Source: an uncultured Thermoplasmata archaeon (GTDB taxonomy: Archaea > Thermoplasmatota > Thermoplasmata > Halarchaeoplasmatales > Halarchaeoplasmataceae). From it: DNA of 50,942 nucleotides. Under the pieces are notes generated by a model. The model was not told where the DNA came from and did no database searches. It worked only from the letters and a program-made list of their open reading frames with translations. The position numbers and the translations under genes are program-made. Where the stretch lies: assembly GCA_964399335.1 (NCBI GenBank), contig CAYNQI010000005.1, positions 1 through 50,942 of the forward strand. Direction: 5' to 3'. Shown piece by piece: positions 1 to 8,676 of this stretch (position 1 is its first letter; each line of letters begins with the position of its first letter).

Positions 1-1117
1 TAAATTTTCTACCTATCATCTTAAAAATCAGAGTTATCCTAACGATCTTGATTCCACCGCTTGTAGAACCCGCTGAACCTCCTACAAACATCAATACCAA
101 TAAAAGCATCCTACCGAATTCTGGCCAGTTGTTGAAATTTGCAGTAGCATATCCCGTAGTCGTGATAATTGCTAACACTTGAAACATACCATCTCTTATT
201 GCATCTATAGGTGCAAGTCCTGTTCCTATAAGCATTATGGTTGTAATTGAAGCAGCTATAGAAATTATTATTAAGTAAGCTTGAAGCTCAGGATTTTTGA
301 AGACCTTTTTAACATTACCTTTGAAAAATTGGAAGTGTAATGAAAAATTCATCCCTGCGGCGACCATGAAGAATATTATTATCCAGTGTACAATTGGAGG
401 ATAGAAAGCGATACTGTTTGTATGGGGAGAAAATCCACCGGTAGATAGGGTTGTAAATGCATGGTAAACTGCGTTATATGGGCTCACTCCGGCCCCCAAT
501 AACAAAATAATCATACTAAAAGTCAATAGCCCATATATGTACCATAATATTTTAGCAGTTTCTTTAATCTTCGGTTTTAATCTTGTTATGGATGGTCCAG
601 GAGCTTCAGATTCAAGAAGATTTAATCCACCTCTTGATAGTTTTGTAAGTATGGCTACCGAAAGGACGATCACACCCATACCTCCCATCCATTGCAATAA
701 CCCCCTCCATAACATGATACTTTTAGGATACTGTTCAAGAGGATAATTGAGTACGGTTGCGCCGGTTGTGGTCATGCCGGACATAGCCTCAAAGAATGCA
801 TTTATCGGAGACTGGAATACTCCCATGAGTAAGAAGGGTATCGATGAAATAAATGCCAACATCAACCAGGTTGAACTTACGATAACTATAGCTTCTTCAT
901 TCCTAAAATCCTCTGCTATACCAATTGATTCAAAAAGAAACCCTAGAGAAAAAGTCCAAGATCCCATAAAAAGGAATATTATAACGTTAAAAGGAATAAG
1001 TCCAAAAATAATAGGGTCTTCAAAATAAGCAAAAGCTGGAATTATAGGAATAAAGAATGCAAAGCCAAACAATTTAAGGATCGAACTTAGGTTTCCTATA
1101 ACTACCTTCCATCTCAT
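1..1117 (-). CDS. trkH: Trk-type K+ uptake membrane subunit (TrkH/TrkG), running off the left edge of the window (partial)
   Basis: Missing from the ORF track, read by hand. ATG at 1117 gives MRWKVVIGNL..., then hydrophobic helices and the TrkH motifs AFFEAMSGMTTTGATV and LWRGLLQWMGGMGVIVL. Lies 1 bp downstream of the trkA stop. Confidence 0.92.
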   Translation of the reverse strand, partial: MRWKVVIGNLSSILKLFGFAFFIPIIPAFAYFEDPIIFGLIPFNVIIFLFMGSWTFSLGFLFESIGIAEDFRNEEAIVIVSSTWLMLAFISSIPFLLMGVFQSPINAFFEAMSGMTTTGATVLNYPLEQYPKSIMLWRGLLQWMGGMGVIVLSVAILTKLSRGGLNLLESEAPGPSITRLKPKIKETAKILWYIYGLLTFSMIILLLGAGVSPYNAVYHAFTTLSTGGFSPHTNSIAFYPPIVHWIIIFFMVAAGMNFSLHFQFFKGNVKKVFKNPELQAYLIIISIAASITTIMLIGTGLAPIDAIRDGMFQVLAIITTTGYATANFNNWPEFGRMLLLVLMFVGGSAGSTSGGIKIVRITLIFKMIGRKF

Positions 1118-1118
1118 A

Positions 1119-2447
1119 TTAGAATAGCCCCTCAACCTCGTCTAATCTATCTTTCAAAACAAAGATTATTACTTTATCACCATCTTTAAACTGCTGGTCT
1201 CCATGAGGTATTATAGTTTTACCCTCTCTTATGATAGCTCCAACAATTCCTTTTGTAGCCATTTCAGATTCTTTTAATGACTGCCCTTTAATTTTGGATT
1301 TTGGTTTCACATTCATCTCAAGTATGTATAGGTCACCTCCATGTATTGGAGTGGCCTGTAGAGGGTTTAATTCTTTAGCTAACCTCAGCATAGTTTTCGC
1401 AGTGTCAAGCTCAGGGGATGCAGCAAAATCGATTCCAACTGTTTCAATCAATGATTTCAAACCTAGTTCCCTAACAGTTGCGATGGTCTTTTCTACACCG
1501 TATATCTTTGCTAATAAAGAAACAAGTACATTAAATTCTTCCGAAGATGTTGCTGAGGCAAAAGCGTCCATACGTAATATACCTTCTTCTATCAATATTC
1601 TCTTATCCCTAGCATCACCTTTTAAAACTGTTACATTTTTCAGCATCTCGGCAGCATTTCTTGCTCTTTTTGTTGAATTATCTATAAGGGTGACAGAGAT
1701 TCCATTTTCTTGCAATTTTTTAGAAACGTTTATACCAATATCAGTAGCACCGATGATCATGGCATTATTTACTTGATTTTTTCTTTTACCAACTAATTTA
1801 ACCATTCTTTTCTCAGCTTTTCCTCCACTAGTGATCACAATCAAAGTGTCATTTTCCTTCAGCTTATCGTTACCATGGGGGACTAAAACACGGTTTTCTC
1901 TAATTATGGCACCTAAATTTACATTGGACGGAAATCGTATCTCTTTTATTTTCTTATCAACTATTTTAGATTTTTCTAAAACCTTAAATTCTAAAACATT
2001 TATCTTTCCACCCATAAATAGGTTCTTATCGATAGCTGCTGGAACATTAATAATATTAGAGATTTTATTTGCTATGATCAGCTCAGGAGAAACAGCATAA
2101 TCAACACCTATCTGTGAAAAACGTTTTGATACTGGTTTTGAAATATACTCTAAACCATTTATTCTAGCGATGGTATTACATCCAGCTGATTTTGCAATCG
2201 AACAAGCTACTAGGTTCGTTTCATTTCGATTAGTTACTGCAAAGAAGTATTTAGTAGATTTAATGTCGAGAGAATCTAATAGTTCTGGTCTTGCACCATT
2301 ACCATTTACAACTTTTACATCTAAAGCTTTTGCATTTTCACATGCCTTTCTACTTTTATCAACAATTATTACATCATGACCTTTCCTACGGATAGACTCC
2401 GCAAGTTCATACCCAACCTCTCCAGCACCGATTATTAAAACCCTCAT
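1119..2447 (-). CDS. trkA: Trk K+ uptake NAD-binding subunit TrkA (two RCK N/C pairs)
   Basis: Starts MRVLIIGAGEVG, has a second Rossmann motif AMIIGATDIG, is 442 aa and sits next to trkH. Confidence 0.95.
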   Translation of the reverse strand: MRVLIIGAGEVGYELAESIRRKGHDVIIVDKSRKACENAKALDVKVVNGNGARPELLDSLDIKSTKYFFAVTNRNETNLVACSIAKSAGCNTIARINGLEYISKPVSKRFSQIGVDYAVSPELIIANKISNIINVPAAIDKNLFMGGKINVLEFKVLEKSKIVDKKIKEIRFPSNVNLGAIIRENRVLVPHGNDKLKENDTLIVITSGGKAEKRMVKLVGKRKNQVNNAMIIGATDIGINVSKKLQENGISVTLIDNSTKRARNAAEMLKNVTVLKGDARDKRILIEEGILRMDAFASATSSEEFNVLVSLLAKIYGVEKTIATVRELGLKSLIETVGIDFAASPELDTAKTMLRLAKELNPLQATPIHGGDLYILEMNVKPKSKIKGQSLKESEMATKGIVGAIIREGKTIIPHGDQQFKDGDKVIIFVLKDRLDEVEGLF

Positions 2448-2469
2448 AATCTCACATTTTTGATTTTGT

Positions 2470-2751
2470 CTATAGCAGTTTAGTTAATATACTTTCATGT
2501 TTTCTTAAATTAACCTTATCTCCTTTAGATATATTTAATTTGTTTATATCTTGTTCTCTTAACATTATTCCCCCATCATCAACAAAATTATCTGAGAATG
2601 CACTTACCAATATATCTTTAGTTTTAGAGCTTACTATGGCTAACTCACCCTCATCTAAATTAAGTTCTTCAATTGTATTAGGGTTAACTCTAGCCCTTCC
2701 CCCGACCTTCACCGGACTTCTGTCCACCGTTAGAACTTTCTCTTTTGTCAT
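2470..2751 (-). CDS. Small stand-alone double-psi beta-barrel protein, Cdc48/VAT N-domain-like
   Basis: The pattern G-RARV-P-TIEELNL-EGE-A-V...V...D..V..G.I.L.......L.I.KGD.V.LRK resembles CDC48_N/DPBB. Pattern recognition only. Confidence 0.6.
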   Translation of the reverse strand: MTKEKVLTVDRSPVKVGGRARVNPNTIEELNLDEGELAIVSSKTKDILVSAFSDNFVDDGGIMLREQDINKLNISKGDKVNLRKHESILTKLL

Positions 2752-2796
2752 TAATAAGTTTAAAGAATAATAGATAGATAAGTATTTTTCTAATTT

Positions 2797-3492
2797 TTAT
2801 GACTTAGGTTTAGGATATCCTAAGGAGAGGTATTTATCCGCTGCTTCTTTGCAGTTTCTGCTTTCCCATACTCTTTCTATATCGGGGTTTAAAAGTAGAT
2901 TTTTAATTTCTTCAACCAGTCTTTTTAAATTACAAGAAAAACTCCAGTTTTCTATATAATCTATTTTAATCTCTCCTCCCTTTTTAGGTAATTTTATATT
3001 AGGATGGAATATATCGGTTTCCCATCTTATTTTTGGACGGAAATATGGATATGATCTAGGGATTTTCAATTCAAAAATATGCTGGAATGATAAAGCGATA
3101 TTGGAACCGATCTTTACTGGTCCGGGTGTATTAATAACTTTAAAAGTACATGAAAATGATTCATCGTCAAAATGTTCCTCTATAACTTCTACATCATTTT
3201 CCTTTATTATATCCATTTCATTTTTCAATCGAGATTCCCAGATTTGCTTGGGTAGGCGTATATCTTTATTTTTCCTTTCAATCAGCACAAAATCTCCTTC
3301 TTTGATATCTGTCCTTGACCATTTTTGATCCAAGCACAATTCAGATCCATTATACAATATTTTAATTTCCTCTTCAATATCCCAGTATGAAATGATTCCA
3401 GAGATACTTTCGATAATTTTTTCTGTAGGATCAATCCTTATTGAGATTCTGCTTCCCTCTCCTTGTTTTCCTATCTCGATATCAAAGGACAT
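2797..3492 (-). CDS. Ubiquitin-like (beta-grasp) domain fused to a UBC/E2-fold domain, with the catalytic Cys position occupied by Lys (UEV-like)
   Basis: aa 1-74 align by eye with ubiquitin (ISIRIDPTEKI...ILYNGSEL...DIKEGDFVLI). aa ~80-222 carry the E2 hallmarks YPYFRPKIRWETDIFHPNI, GEIKIDYI..W and LLLNPD. Confidence 0.82.
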   Translation of the reverse strand: MSFDIEIGKQGEGSRISIRIDPTEKIIESISGIISYWDIEEEIKILYNGSELCLDQKWSRTDIKEGDFVLIERKNKDIRLPKQIWESRLKNEMDIIKENDVEVIEEHFDDESFSCTFKVINTPGPVKIGSNIALSFQHIFELKIPRSYPYFRPKIRWETDIFHPNIKLPKKGGEIKIDYIENWSFSCNLKRLVEEIKNLLLNPDIERVWESRNCKEAADKYLSLGYPKPKS

Positions 3493-3512
3493 AGATTCGG
3501 TTATTGGTAATC

Positions 3513-3528
3513 ATTTATATTGTTTTTT
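3513..3528 (-). promoter_or_regulatory. BRE/TATA-like promoter for a probably leaderless Ubl-E2 transcript
   Basis: The minus strand reads AAAAAACA-ATATAAAT about 21 nt upstream of the ATG at 3492. Confidence 0.5.
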
Positions 3529-3728
3529 GTCTTTCTTAATCTTTAATTTGAACTTTTGATCTAGATTTAAGAAAGTTCTAAATATCAACAATCTCCAATA
3601 TCTTGTTTCCGAAAAGTATAAATCACCATAAACCGGTTGGAAAACCCCGACAATAGAAAGGTTTTTGAAGTGAATTCGCTTATAGAATTAATGAGGAATC
3701 AACCTTCGGATTGCGGAGATGAAATATC

Positions 3729-6700
3729 TTGGCTGGAAAATATCTAAAAGCAAGACAACTCGCAAAAGAGATTGAAAAAAAGGCAAAAAAAACTGCCGAG
3801 AAAAAGAAAAAAGCTAAAGAGGGTTTAGAACAGGCAGAGGAGTTGCTGGACACATCTGAAGATTTAGGTATAGATATATCTGAAGTTGATGGAATTATTA
3901 AGGATGCTCGTGAAGATTTTGAAGATAAGAAATTTGAAGAATCCTCTAAAAAAATAAATCAATGTTTAGATGGTTTACAAGAAATTTATTCTGAAAAATT
4001 AGATGAAATGATAGAGGATATCAAGGACCTTCATGATTATTTAGATCTAGAAATAGAAGAAACTGATTATGAGGAAATGTTAAATGAAGCAAATAAACTT
4101 TTTGACCAGGGTAAGTATAAAGAGTCTATTATTAAAACTGATGAAATTTTTACATACGTGAAAAAAGATGTTGAAGAGCTTTATGAAGATTGGTTATATG
4201 AAATTGAATCTAAAATAGAAACGTTAAGAACTTTAAATGGTGATATTAATAAATTTGAACAAAGTATATCTTCTGCCGAGGATTTATTGGACGAATTTGA
4301 AATTGAAAAAGGAAAGCAAGCTTTAGATTCATTAGAAGATGAGATTAACCGAGAATTAAAAAATATTGTTACCGGAAAGATTGAGGAAATCGAAAAGATT
4401 GAGGAATTATTGCGTAAAAATGGTATATCTACTAAAGATGTTGAGGAAACAATTAGCGAAATTAAGGCAAAAAATAAAAAAAATGAGTATGCTGAAATAG
4501 TCAATCTTTTTGGAAAAATCGAAAGAGAGCTCAGTGATAGGAAAGATGAGTTAGTATCCAAAATGGTTAAAAAATTAAGAGATGAGATTGAAAAGGCTAG
4601 AGAACTTGGAGCGCCTCAAAGTAAGATAAAAAGCATAAATGAAAAAATAAATGAACTACAAGAAATAGAAAATTTTGGTAATATCATTAATCTGATTGAT
4701 GAACTTTTTGAGAAGGTAGAAGAAGCTAAATTTCATAAAGTTTTGAAGACAATTGCAGAGTCTAGGGAGAATTTTATTAAAGCAAAGGAGATCGGGATCG
4801 ATATTACTGAACCTATGGATATTCTGAATAAGGCAAGAACTTCTTTGAAAGAAGGAAATCATAGAGAAGCTTTGGACTGGGCTAAAAAAGGAAGAAAAAA
4901 AGTTCGGGATATGGTAAAGGAACATGAAAAAACAGAAAATGAATTAGAAAAAATTAAAGAAATAACGGAAGGTTTGAATGAATTCGAACTAGATTTATCT
5001 TTTGTTGATGATAGAATTGAAAAAGCTGAAGAATATCTTGAACAAAAAGAATATTCTAAATCTAGAGAAATATTAGAAGAAATTGAAAGTGATATAGATG
5101 AAAAAGCTTATGAAAAAATTATGGAATTTGTCGAAGAATTTGAGGTAAATATATTGACTTTAGAAAGGATGGGTTTAGATAGCGGTGAATATACAGAGAT
5201 GCTTGAAGAGGCTATCGCTAATACCAAAACCATGGATTATATTGAGGCCGGTAAAATAGCTTTGAAAGGTAAAAATCAAATTTTAGAGAAAATTAAAAAA
5301 GAGATCGATTTTAAAATAGAAACTGTTTCCAGATTAGCAGATAATATAAAAGAATCGATAGATTCTGAAGACATTGAAGATGAATTAAAAAACGTAGAAA
5401 ATCTAATTGACAAGGCATTAAAAGAAAAAGACAAATCCAATTATAAAACATCCTATGATAAACTTCAAGAAGCAGAAGAGACGGTAAATGAGTGGCAAGT
5501 AGGAGAAGCTGATCAAAAGTATAATGAAGCAAAGGAAACTTTAGAATTAGTCGAAGATATAGACTTTGAGGGTATAGATATAGATGATTATCTGACCAGA
5601 TTAGAAGACGCTAAATTGGATATAGAGGGTAAAAATTATCCAGAGGCAATCCAAAAGATCGATGAAATACTTGATGATTTAAATGTTAAATTAAAAAAGA
5701 AATCAGAAGAGTTCTTTACGAATGCAAAAGTCGAGGTTGTGAAGGCAAAAAAGTCTGGTGTGGATATAAATAAGATGAGAGAGGAACTAATTGAATGTAA
5801 AAAAAATATAAAACAAGAAAATTTTACTAAGGCTATTAGTTTATCTGTAAATGTTGAAAAAAGAGCTAAAAAAGTTATAGGCGAACGTTCTGAAACTAAA
5901 AAACTCATCTCAGATCTAAATGAGACTGTAAGAAAATTAAGAGAATCAGATGATTTACAAAATTTAAAACCAGCTATAAAGTTACTCAAAGAAGCTAAAA
6001 GCAGTTTTCAACAGAGAAATTATGTTGAATCCAAAGAACTAGCAAACAAGACTAAGATGAAACTAGATGAGTTGAAAATGAAAAATGAATTTGAGACTTA
6101 TCACGATAACTATAAAAAGTTATTAAAAAGAGCTGATATAATCTCTGTAGATACTGAAGACATTCAAGATGAAGTCAATACAATTTTAAATAAAGCAGAT
6201 GGAAATGATTATAGTTCTGCAATAGAAATGATTCAAGAAATAAATGATGAATTATTAAATAAAATTAAAGATTCTGTAGAACCGAGGATAAATCATACTC
6301 AAGAAATTATAGAATCTGCTAAAGAAATTGGAATAGATATATCTTCCCAAGAAGTATTACTAAGCAAAGCTAAAGAAAATTTTGAAAATAATGAATTCAA
6401 GGCCGCCGTAGAGAAAATAAATGAATGTCAAAATGAGATCCAAGAGATTAGAGACCAAAGTAAAAAGGCCGCCCGGAGTGTGAAGAAGGCAAAAAATAGG
6501 TTAGAAGAAGCTATGGATATTCATGCAGATATATCAACTGCTAGAAAAGAATTACAAGTTTCTATGGAAGCAATAAAAAATGATGAATATGAAAAAGCAA
6601 TTGATACTGCTGAAAAAGCATTGAGCAGTATTCGATTAGCTGAGAGGAATAGAGTTGAAAAAATATTGTCTACATTTAAAGAAAAGATTAATGAGATGAG

Positions 6701-8114
6701 GGTAGATGGAGTAAACACATCATTTGCTGATAATTTAATAGCACGTGCTGAAAAAGCCAAGAAAAATGAAAATTATAAGGAAGCAATAAATCTAGCTATG
6801 CAAAGTGAAGGTGAGCTAGAAAGGATTGAGTTACAGCAAGATATTGCGAAAAGAAGTATCTCTACAACTACAAATAAATTGTCTAAGGCAAAAAACGAGG
6901 GAATGAATATTGAAAAACCAGAAAAGATTTTAAAAGAAGCAAAAAAAGCATATGATGGTGGTTTTTATGTCAAAGCTTTTGATAAAGCAGTAAAAGCTGG
7001 TGAGATACTAAATAATATAATTAAAGCTTATACAGAATCTAAAAGCATTTTAGATGATATCGAACAAGTATTAGATAAGTTAAAAGTTCTTGGTATGGAA
7101 GAAATTGAACTTATGGATAAATATTCAAAAGCTGTTGATGCATTTGAAAATGATAATTATGAAAAATCATATTCTTTAGCCAATAGGGCTAAAGAAACAT
7201 TAAGTAACGTCAAAAAAGAATTGCCAGACCAGATTTCAGACATGGAAGATGTTATCGATGATCTAAAATCAAAGAGAGATGTTGGTAAGTCTGAAAAGTT
7301 ATTGAACAAAGCTAAGGCTAATTTAAAAATGGGCAATATTTTAGAGGTTTTTGATCTTCTAGCTAAAGCTAAAGAGGAGTATGGTGGGAAATATTTCGAA
7401 GAGTATGAACAATTCATCGGGGAAGCATCAAAATTAGTTAAGAAAGCAAATAAATTTGGAACCGACGTTAGTGAGGCTAAAGAAATTATAAATGAGGCAA
7501 GAGGTTTAAGAGATGAAAATATCAAAAAAGCTAGTTTGAGGGCTAAAGAAGCTTTAGTTGAGATTGAGAAAATACTTGCACCTTACAGCCCTAATATTGA
7601 GGTAGAGATGAACGATAAACTTAGACTTGATACGTGGAATAAAGTGAATATGTCTGTAAAAAACACAGGCGGAGGAGTTGCTAAATCACCATCTATAAAA
7701 ATAAAAGGTGCAAAGAATAAAGATATAGAATTACCCTCTATGTTAAAAGCAAACGAAAGTTTTGAAACTGAAACAAAAATTAAACCTACTGAGGATAAAG
7801 TGATTATTGAAGGAGTTGGGACAAGAATTTTTGATAATAAAGATATATCATACCAATTAGAGATTGAAGTTACTGAAAGTAATTTTAAAATAATTGATGC
7901 AACCGGAAATGAAAAATGTGGTATATGTAAAGGTGAAATTAAAAAAGGTTTAGACGTTATTATTTGTGATTGTGAATCACCATATCATAAGTTGTGTGGT
8001 GAAAGAAAGGGTGAATGTCCAGAATGCGGGCTAGATTTTACCTTAGATGAGGAAGAAAAGAAGGAAGAGAAGGGAGGCAAAAAAGCCTCTAAAAGAGTAG
8101 CCCTTCGGATCTGA
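3729..8114 (+). CDS. Giant helical-repeat/coiled-coil protein with a C-terminal Ig-like (CARDB-type) domain and a prokaryotic RING-type zinc finger
   Basis: TTG start. About 1280 aa of E/K-rich repeats (A...G.D......L..A...), then a beta-rich segment (SVKNTGGGVAK), then C-x2-C-x12-C-x-C-x4-H-x2-C-x6-C-x2-C at 7917-8027. Confidence 0.78.
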   Translation: MAGKYLKARQLAKEIEKKAKKTAEKKKKAKEGLEQAEELLDTSEDLGIDISEVDGIIKDAREDFEDKKFEESSKKINQCLDGLQEIYSEKLDEMIEDIKDLHDYLDLEIEETDYEEMLNEANKLFDQGKYKESIIKTDEIFTYVKKDVEELYEDWLYEIESKIETLRTLNGDINKFEQSISSAEDLLDEFEIEKGKQALDSLEDEINRELKNIVTGKIEEIEKIEELLRKNGISTKDVEETISEIKAKNKKNEYAEIVNLFGKIERELSDRKDELVSKMVKKLRDEIEKARELGAPQSKIKSINEKINELQEIENFGNIINLIDELFEKVEEAKFHKVLKTIAESRENFIKAKEIGIDITEPMDILNKARTSLKEGNHREALDWAKKGRKKVRDMVKEHEKTENELEKIKEITEGLNEFELDLSFVDDRIEKAEEYLEQKEYSKSREILEEIESDIDEKAYEKIMEFVEEFEVNILTLERMGLDSGEYTEMLEEAIANTKTMDYIEAGKIALKGKNQILEKIKKEIDFKIETVSRLADNIKESIDSEDIEDELKNVENLIDKALKEKDKSNYKTSYDKLQEAEETVNEWQVGEADQKYNEAKETLELVEDIDFEGIDIDDYLTRLEDAKLDIEGKNYPEAIQKIDEILDDLNVKLKKKSEEFFTNAKVEVVKAKKSGVDINKMREELIECKKNIKQENFTKAISLSVNVEKRAKKVIGERSETKKLISDLNETVRKLRESDDLQNLKPAIKLLKEAKSSFQQRNYVESKELANKTKMKLDELKMKNEFETYHDNYKKLLKRADIISVDTEDIQDEVNTILNKADGNDYSSAIEMIQEINDELLNKIKDSVEPRINHTQEIIESAKEIGIDISSQEVLLSKAKENFENNEFKAAVEKINECQNEIQEIRDQSKKAARSVKKAKNRLEEAMDIHADISTARKELQVSMEAIKNDEYEKAIDTAEKALSSIRLAERNRVEKILSTFKEKINEMRVDGVNTSFADNLIARAEKAKKNENYKEAINLAMQSEGELERIELQQDIAKRSISTTTNKLSKAKNEGMNIEKPEKILKEAKKAYDGGFYVKAFDKAVKAGEILNNIIKAYTESKSILDDIEQVLDKLKVLGMEEIELMDKYSKAVDAFENDNYEKSYSLANRAKETLSNVKKELPDQISDMEDVIDDLKSKRDVGKSEKLLNKAKANLKMGNILEVFDLLAKAKEEYGGKYFEEYEQFIGEASKLVKKANKFGTDVSEAKEIINEARGLRDENIKKASLRAKEALVEIEKILAPYSPNIEVEMNDKLRLDTWNKVNMSVKNTGGGVAKSPSIKIKGAKNKDIELPSMLKANESFETETKIKPTEDKVIIEGVGTRIFDNKDISYQLEIEVTESNFKIIDATGNEKCGICKGEIKKGLDVIICDCESPYHKLCGERKGECPECGLDFTLDEEEKKEEKGGKKASKRVALRI

Positions 8115-8135
8115 TTTTACATGGGGTGATTAAAA

Positions 8136-8666
8136 TTGGGAATACTCATTCATGCTTGTTGTGCACCCTGTTTGACTTACACTTATGAATATTTCAAAGA
8201 AAATTTTTCTGAGGACCCATCTGTTTTGTGGTTTAATCCAAATATCCATCCCTTTAAGGAATATGAGAAAAGGTTAGGATCGCTTAAGAAATATCAGGGT
8301 GAGATGGATATTGAAATTATATATAAAGATAATTACGATTTAGAAAACTTTTTAGAAGGAGCGTTAGGGAAAAATCCTAGGTGTCAGTTTTGTTATAGAT
8401 TGAGATTATCTAAAGCAGCTGAGGTCGCAAAAGAAAATGGTTTCAATGCATATACCACTACGTTGACTATTTCACCTTACCAGGACCATGATTTGATTAA
8501 AAAAATAGGTCGAGAGGAAGGCGAAAAAATAGGTATTGAATTCATATATGTTGATCTTACCGATGGATTTTATAAAAGCCATGATATTGCAGACGAGATG
8601 GATCTTTATAAACAAGGATATTGTGGATGCATTTTCAGTGAGATGGACAGATACAAAAAAGAGTAA
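8136..8666 (+). CDS. queH: Epoxyqueuosine reductase QueH (DUF208) family Fe-S protein
   Basis: Motifs HACCAPC, NPNIHP..EY..R, RCQFCYRLRL, TTTL..SP and YKQGYCGCIFS. TTG start with an upstream GGGGTGA SD. Confidence 0.85.
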   Translation: MGILIHACCAPCLTYTYEYFKENFSEDPSVLWFNPNIHPFKEYEKRLGSLKKYQGEMDIEIIYKDNYDLENFLEGALGKNPRCQFCYRLRLSKAAEVAKENGFNAYTTTLTISPYQDHDLIKKIGREEGEKIGIEFIYVDLTDGFYKSHDIADEMDLYKQGYCGCIFSEMDRYKKE

Positions 8667-8676
8667 TTAAGAAATT

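Noticed and set aside
537-2379. Plus-strand ORFs 537-746, 747-1028, 1231-1776, 1831-2100 and 2170-2379
   Set aside because: Antisense shadows of trkH and trkA with no recognisable motifs.
4181-7525. Ser/Phe/Leu-rich minus-strand ORFs inside the giant RING gene
   Set aside because: Reverse complement of Glu/Lys-rich codons, a typical shadow pattern.
3729-7560. Interpretation of the giant protein as SMC/Rad50
   Set aside because: No Walker A/B, signature motif or hinge is visible. It is a helical-repeat rod with a RING end.
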